DNA of 64,000 nucleotides from positions 1,178,001 to 1,242,000 of the forward strand of contig CM026547.1 of the NCBI GenBank assembly GCA_014905635.1. The letters run 5' to 3'. Within the stretch, counting starts at the first letter, position 1. Every line of letters begins with the position of its first letter. The position numbers and the translations under genes were made by a program. Shown in pieces: positions 58,412-64,000 of this stretch. Under the pieces are notes generated by a model, which made no database searches, was not told the DNA's origin, and saw nothing but the letters and a program-made list of their open reading frames with translations. Source of the DNA: Scenedesmus sp. PABB004. Its lineage: Eukaryota.

Positions 58412-60085
58412 TCACCAGCCGTGGTGACCGCCGTGCGCGGCCGGCTGCGCGGCCGCCATCATCGCCGCCGCGGGGCCCGGGCCCCCGGGCCCCGCAAAGG
58501 GCAGGCCGCCGAGCGGCGCCATGCCGCCGGGCAGGGCCATCGGCAGCGGCGGCGCGCCGCACAGGCCGCCGCCCCATCCGCCGTCGGGCGCGCCAAAGTC
58601 GGCGACGGCCGGCAGGCCGCCAAACGCGGCGACGCCCTCCGGCGCGGCCGCGGCCGCGGCCTCCGCGCGCGCCTTGGCCGCCGCGTCGGCGCGCGCCTGC
58701 GCGACGAGCACCTCCGCGCCGGGCAGCGCATAGAACGCTCCGTCGCCGGCGCGCTGCGCAAACACGCCGGGGCGCTGCTGCATGAAGAGCGCCGGGCTGC
58801 CGTGCATGGGCGCGTAGTGCACGCCCCAGCGCAGCGGGCTCAGCACGCCGTCCAGCGCCGCGTCGTCGGCGGGGCCCCACGCGCGCGCGGCCCGCTGGTC
58901 CGCCGGCAGCAGGTCCAGCAGCGTGAGCACCAGCTCGTGCTCGTCCTTGAGCACCGCGCCGCCGCCGCCGCCCGCCGGGGGCGACGCGCCGCCGTCGCCG
59001 GGCGGCGCAAAGCCGGGCGGCGGCGCCTTCGCGGCCGGCGGCGCGAGCGCGCCGCCGCCCTGCCAGTACTGGGCGCCGTCGCTGTAGCCGAGCTGCTGCT
59101 GGAGCGCGTCGGCGAGCCGGCCCTGCAGCGCCGCGGCCTCGGCCGCCGCCGCGTCGCGCTCGTGCGCGACCGCCGCGAGCTGCGCCTCCAGCTCGGCGGC
59201 GCGGCGCTGCTGCGCGTCGAGCTCCCGCGCCAGCGCCGCCGCGCGGTCCTCGGCAGCGACGCGCGCCGCGCGCGCCGCCTCGAGCGCTGCCAGCTGGCGG
59301 CGCTCGCGCTCGGCCGCCTCGCCGGCGGCCGCCGCGCGCGCGGCCTCCTCGCGCTCCAGCTGCTCTGCCAGCTCGCGCAGCACCCGGGGGGCAGCCGGCA
59401 CGGCGCCGGCCGCGCCGCGCGCGCCGGCGGCGGCGGACGGCCGCGCGCCCGGCGCCGCCGCCGGCGCGTGCGCCGAGGCGTCAGACACGGCGCTGCCGGG
59501 GCGGGAGCCCGCGCTCGCCTGGGGGGGCGGCAGGCTGAACGACGGCGCGTCCGCCGAGAGGCGGCGCTGCACGCCGCCGGCCGCGTGCTGCGGCGCCGCC
59601 GCCGGGGCCGGGCCGCCCACGGCCGCCGGCGGCGCCGCCACGTCGGTGTCGCCGCCGTCCCCCTTGCTGGCCTGCTCCTGCTGGTCGAGGCACGGCACCG
59701 CGCCTGCGTTGCCCGCTGCGCCCAGCGCCGCGCCGGCCGGCGCCGCCGGCGCTGGAGCCGCGCTGGCAGCTCCCGCCTGCGAGGCCGCCGCCGGCGGCGG
59801 CGCCGCGCGCGCGCGCGCCGGCGCCGGCACGGGCTGCTGCGCGGGCTGCGGCTGCTGCGGCGCCGGCGCGGCGCGGCTCGCGCGGTGGTCGTCGGTGCGG
59901 CTGGCGGGCGCGAACGCCGCGCCAAAGCTGTCGGCGCCACTGACGTCCTCAAACGTGTCGGGCGTGGGCCAGGCGCTCGCGCTGCCAAAGCTGCTGCCGC
60001 GGCTGCTGCCGTGGCCCGTCACCGCCGCCATGTTGACCGCCTGACTGGACGGCAGCTGCACGTGCTTGGCGACGGGCGCCGGCTG

Positions 60086-60117
<32 letters not shown>

Positions 60118-61313
60118 CCGCCCCGCCGGACGCGGCCTTGGCCGCCAGCGCGGAGCTGGGGTTGGGCGGCAGCGCGGCGGGCGCGGCGGCGATGGGCACC
60201 GCCGCGGGCGCCGCGCCGCTGCCGCCCGGCCTCAGCGTGGAGGGCCCCGCGCCGCGGCGGCCGCCGCCGCCGCCGGCCCGCCCGCGGCCGGGGACGCGGC
60301 CGCGCGGTCGCGGCCGCCGCTCGCATCGCCAGAGTCGCCAGAGCCGGTGCGGCCGACCTGGGGCCGCGGCACGTAGCGCGCGGCGCCGCGCTGCTCCGCG
60401 GCGCCCGCCGCGGGCCTGTCGGCGCCGCCGGCGCCGCCGTCCCGGTGGTCGCTGGGCGCCTTGGGCTGGCCCGCGCCGGGCGCGGCCGCCTGCTTGGCCG
60501 TGGCCGTGGCCGCCAGGCAGCTCGGCCCCGCCGCCGCCTCGCCGCCGCCGGGCTGCGGGGCGTCGCCGGTCTGCTTGCCCGCCGCCGCGTCGCCGGGCTG
60601 GCCGCCGGTGCCCGGGCCGCTGCCGCGGCGCCTGCCTGGGCCGCGGCGCTCCCTGGGCGCCGCGCCCCGGCGGCCGCGCCGCCGCCGCCGCCCGACTGCC
60701 CGGTGCAGACGCCCAGCTCCTGCTGCCACCGCCGCGGGTTCTGCGCGCGGTCCTTGTCCGCGGGCCGCTCCGCGCGGCGGCGGCCCCGCGGGCGCCGCAG
60801 CGGCGGCGCCCAGCGCCTTGCCGCCCGGCGGCGAGCGATCGCCGCGCCGCGCCGCGCCGCCCGGCGCCTCACCGCCGGCCTTGCCCGGCTCAGGCGCCAC
60901 GCCGTGGCGCGGCCGCGGCGGCGCGTCGCGGGCGGGGCCAGCGGTGCCCCCCGGCAGCACAGGTGCGGCCTGCTGGTCCCGCGCCTCGCCGCTGGCGCTG
61001 CCGCCCAGGCCGCCACCCTGCTTGTTGTGCTGCTTCCCGCGACCGGCCCGGCCGCCCTCCTGCGGGCGGCGGGCGCCGGCGGCGCCGGGGCGCACGCGCA
61101 GCAGCAGTTCAATCGCGCGCCCCGGCCGGCGGAGGGGCCGCGGCCCGCGCGCCCGGCGCCGTCGGGCAGAGGGGCGTGCCAGGCACACCGCCAGAGGGCC
61201 AGACGCCGCCCATGCGCTGCGCAGGCGCGCCGCGGGCCCGCCGCGAATCGCGCGCGCACCGTCCCGCCGACCCGGCCGCCCTGGCTCATGAGCGTCGCCG
61301 GGTCCACCACCAT
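58412..61313 (-). CDS. Uncharacterised protein with a PAM2-like motif, coiled coil and C-terminal LOTUS/OST-HTH-like domain (5' structure uncertain)
   Basis: 595-aa ORF 58412-60199; RLSADAPSFSLP; E/A/R coiled coil; VLSPLRWGVHYAPMHGSPALFMQQRPGVF; probable start MVVDPATLMSQGG at 61313. Confidence 0.6.
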
Positions 61314-61599
61314 GGGGCGGTGTGTAATCTCTGAGAGCGGCGGCGGCCCCGTTTCCCTGCGAGTTGAGCGCGCAGCTTGAGTTCGCGCGCTCGGGTCGAA
61401 CAAGCGCTCCCTGCACGGTTCGCCGACCTGCGGCGCGTCGGCGGTGTGTGCTACGGCGTTGTGTGTGTGCGCGCGCCGGCCGGGAGTGGACGTGCGCGGC
61501 GGCGCGGCGTTGGACCGCGCCGCAAAAACTCGCCGCCACCGCCGGCGGCGGCGGCGGCAGATTCTGGCGTCCCGAGCCCGCGCCACCCACAGCCCCGTG

Positions 61600-63486
61600 A
61601 TGATGGCGGGGCAGCCGCAGCAGCGCCGCGGCGCGCCCGAGGGCGGCGGCGACGGCGACGCCGCCGCCGCCCGCTCGTCAGCGTGAGCCTGCTCGTGTCC
61701 GAGAGCAGCGAGGCCGCACCCGTGCGCCTCTTCCTGCACGGCCTCGCGCCCGGTGCGCGCGCGGCGCGGCGCGGCGGCGCGTCCGCTGCCGCAGCGGCGG
61801 CGCCCGAGCGCGGCGCGCGCCCTGCGCCGCAGGCCCGGAGCCGCGCGCGCCCGAGGCCGCGCCCGAGGCCGCGCCCGAGGCGGCGCCCGAGGCGGCGCCG
61901 TCGCCGCTCGCGGGCGCGGCGGCCCTGCTGGTGGCGGCCGGGCCTCGCCGCTCGTCGCCGAGGCCGCCGCCGCGCTGGCGGGGCGCGGCGCGCGCGTGCG
62001 CGTGGCGCTGCGGCACAGCGGCGACGCGGAGCGCCTCTGCGCCGCCGTGCACGCGCGCGAGCTGCCGCGCGCGGCGCCGGCCGTCGACCTGGGCGACCCC
62101 CGCTCGGTCGCTGAGTTTGCGGCCGGCCTCACCGGCTCGCCCGACCCGCTCGACCTGCTCGTGCTGCACGCCGGGGAGCCGGCGCGGCGCGGCCGCCGCT
62201 GGTACACCCAGCAGGGCGTGGCCGGCACCGCGCAGGCCGGCTTCCTGGGCCCCGCGACCCTGCTGCACCGCTTGCGCGGCAAGCTCGCCGACGGCGGCGG
62301 CGCGGTGCTGCTGACCGCGTCGCCGCTGCACCGCCTGGGCCGCGTCGACGACGCGGATGTGAGTGTGGAGGGGGGAGAGGGGAGGGGGCAGCGCAGCGCG
62401 CGTGCAGCGCCGACCACGGCCAGCGCAGCCACCTGACGCTCGCGCCCGCCCGCACGCCGCAGGAGCTGGCGACGGTGTGGGGCGCCAGCAGCGCGCCCAA
62501 CGCGCAGGCCGCGCTGCTTGCGTACGCGCGCCAGCTGGCGCTGCGCGAGGGCGTCGACGTCGCGGCGGCGGACCTTGGCCTGCTGCGCGAGCAGCCGCTG
62601 GCGGGCTCGGTGCTGCGCAAGCTGCCGCCGGTTCACCTGCTGCTGCAGCTGCTGCTGCCCCCGGCGGCCGACGCCGCGCGCCTGCTGGCCGGCTGCGCGG
62701 AGCAGCTGCTGCGCGCCGGCGAGGGCGGCGGCCTGCAGGCGGAAGGCGGGCCGGGCGGCGCGGCGGGGCCAGGGGCCGCGACGGCCGCGCCCGGCCGGGC
62801 GCCGCGCGGCGCCGATGCGGAGCCCCTTGACCAGGGCCGCGCGCGCGGGGCGACCGAGCCCGGCGCCCGCCCCGCCGAGGCGCCGGCGGGCGAGGCCGAG
62901 GCGGGGAGCGCGGCGCGGGCCACGGAGGCCGATCGTCCCCTGCCGGAGGGCCGCGAGCGCACGCGCGGCGCCGCCGCGCCGCCGCGCCCCGCCAGGGAGG
63001 CGTTCAGGTGCGGCAGGCGCCGCGGCGCAGTGGCTCGCACACAGAGACTCTCTCGGCGCCTCGCGCGCGTCGCTCTCACCACGCGCGCGCCGCCCAGCGC
63101 TGCCCGGCGCCCGCAGCTACCAGTCGCGCGGACTGCTCGCGACGCCGCTGCTGACCCAGCTGGACCTCGCGGCGCGCGGGAGCTGGGCCACGCGCGCGCT
63201 CGCGGGGCTCGCCGCACCCTGGTGGGACCTGGCCGCCTTGGCGCTCATGCACGGCGCGCTGCTGGCGGACTGGCCCCTGCGCGGGCTGCTCGCGCCCGGC
63301 GTGGCGCTCGCGCCGGGCGCCGCCGCGCGCCTGCAGCGTGCCATGCCGGGCGTTCACGGCGCGGGGCGCGGCACGGGCTCGATCGGCGTCGCGCCGGCGG
63401 CGGTCGTGGTCAGCGAGCGCACGGGCGACGCGCTGTGGCGCCTGGTCGACCGCGCGGCGGGCGGCGAGCCTGAGGCGGGCGCGTGA
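61600..63486 (+). CDS. Degenerate SDR (retinol dehydrogenase/WWOX-like fold) protein; start uncertain, apparent frameshifts
   Basis: AAALAGRGARVRVA, DLGDPRSVAEFA, PLDLLVLHAG, GFLGPATLLHRL...VLLTASPLHRLG, GDALWRL. Confidence 0.6.
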
Positions 63487-63828
63487 GGCGAGCGCGTGAG
63501 GCGAGCGGAGTTGGCGCTCTCGAGTTGCGTCCTCGTTTGTCACAATTGAGCGTGACCCCGACGCGCGTCCCCGATCGCCGCAGCCCCGCCCCGCCAATCA
63601 GGGGAGGCATCAAATGCACAGTGTGTGTGTGTTGGGTTTTGGGGTTTCACACGCGCCAGCCAGACAGCCTGCAGGTGACAAGGGCCGCCCCGGGCCGTCG
63701 CGTGCTGGCGCGAGGGCACCGGCGCGCGAGGCACCGCGGGCGGCGGTGCAGCAGGCCTGCGGCCCCAGCGCGGCACGGCAATTGCCGACGCACACGACGC
63801 AACGCACAACGCAGCACACACACAGAGA

Positions 63829-63852
63829 TACATACATACATACATACATACA
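63829..63852 (+). repeat. (TACA)6 microsatellite with flanking CA repeats
   Basis: Direct reading of the sequence. Confidence 0.9.
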
Positions 63853-63910
63853 CACACAGACGCGGGCCGCGTGGGTTGGGTTTTTCTTGCGCGGCCGCCT
63901 GACGGCACAG

Positions 63911-63922
63911 GACAAGTACAAG
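63911..63922 (+). other. Possible 12-nt micro-exon (GAC AAG TAC AAG, DKYK) of a gene continuing past the window
   Basis: CTGAC branch-like site, CAG acceptor, then AAG|GTGCGC donor. Confidence 0.35.
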
Positions 63923-64000
63923 GTGCGCGCAGGCGTGCCGAAGAGTGCGCGCAGCGCGGCGGCGCGCTCGCGCAGCGGCGCCCGCCGCCGCCGGCGCGCG

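Overview
A very GC-rich (about 78-80% by eye), gene-dense, intron-rich eukaryotic nuclear window. It most likely comes from a chlorophyte green alga (Sphaeropleales-like; inferred from short GTGCG...GCAG introns, GC3-saturated codons and gene content). I can support about 22 mostly spliced protein-coding genes: eIF2A (partial), a DUF5765-like membrane protein, REV3, a NEK-like kinase, a GBP GTPase, a C19orf53/UPF0390-like protein, a double-AP2 transcription factor, a hot-dog thioesterase, UTP13/TBL3, ARMC6, a METTL7-like methyltransferase, an MDR quinone oxidoreductase, a PAM2-CUE-Smr protein, an ankyrin-RING E3, mitochondrial bS1, a heme-oxygenase-like protein, a USP-like protein, BDP1, a BTB-BACK protein, an SRR1-like protein, a PAM2/coiled-coil protein and a degenerate SDR. 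The most striking unexplained structure is a roughly 1.8 kb non-coding interval (20.9-22.7 kb) packed with at least 6-8 stem-loops. It includes a perfect 26-bp inverted repeat, a nested module with mutually exclusive folds bounded by splice-like sites, and a 12-mer shared between two hairpins; it is a candidate polycistronic miRNA or structured-RNA locus. Other notable points are an unusually high use of GC-AG introns (15 supported), a taspase-1-type site in REV3, two probable pseudo-enzymes, and several apparent one-base frameshifts that are probably assembly errors. Exon boundaries were read by eye and family assignments come from motif recognition, not database searches.
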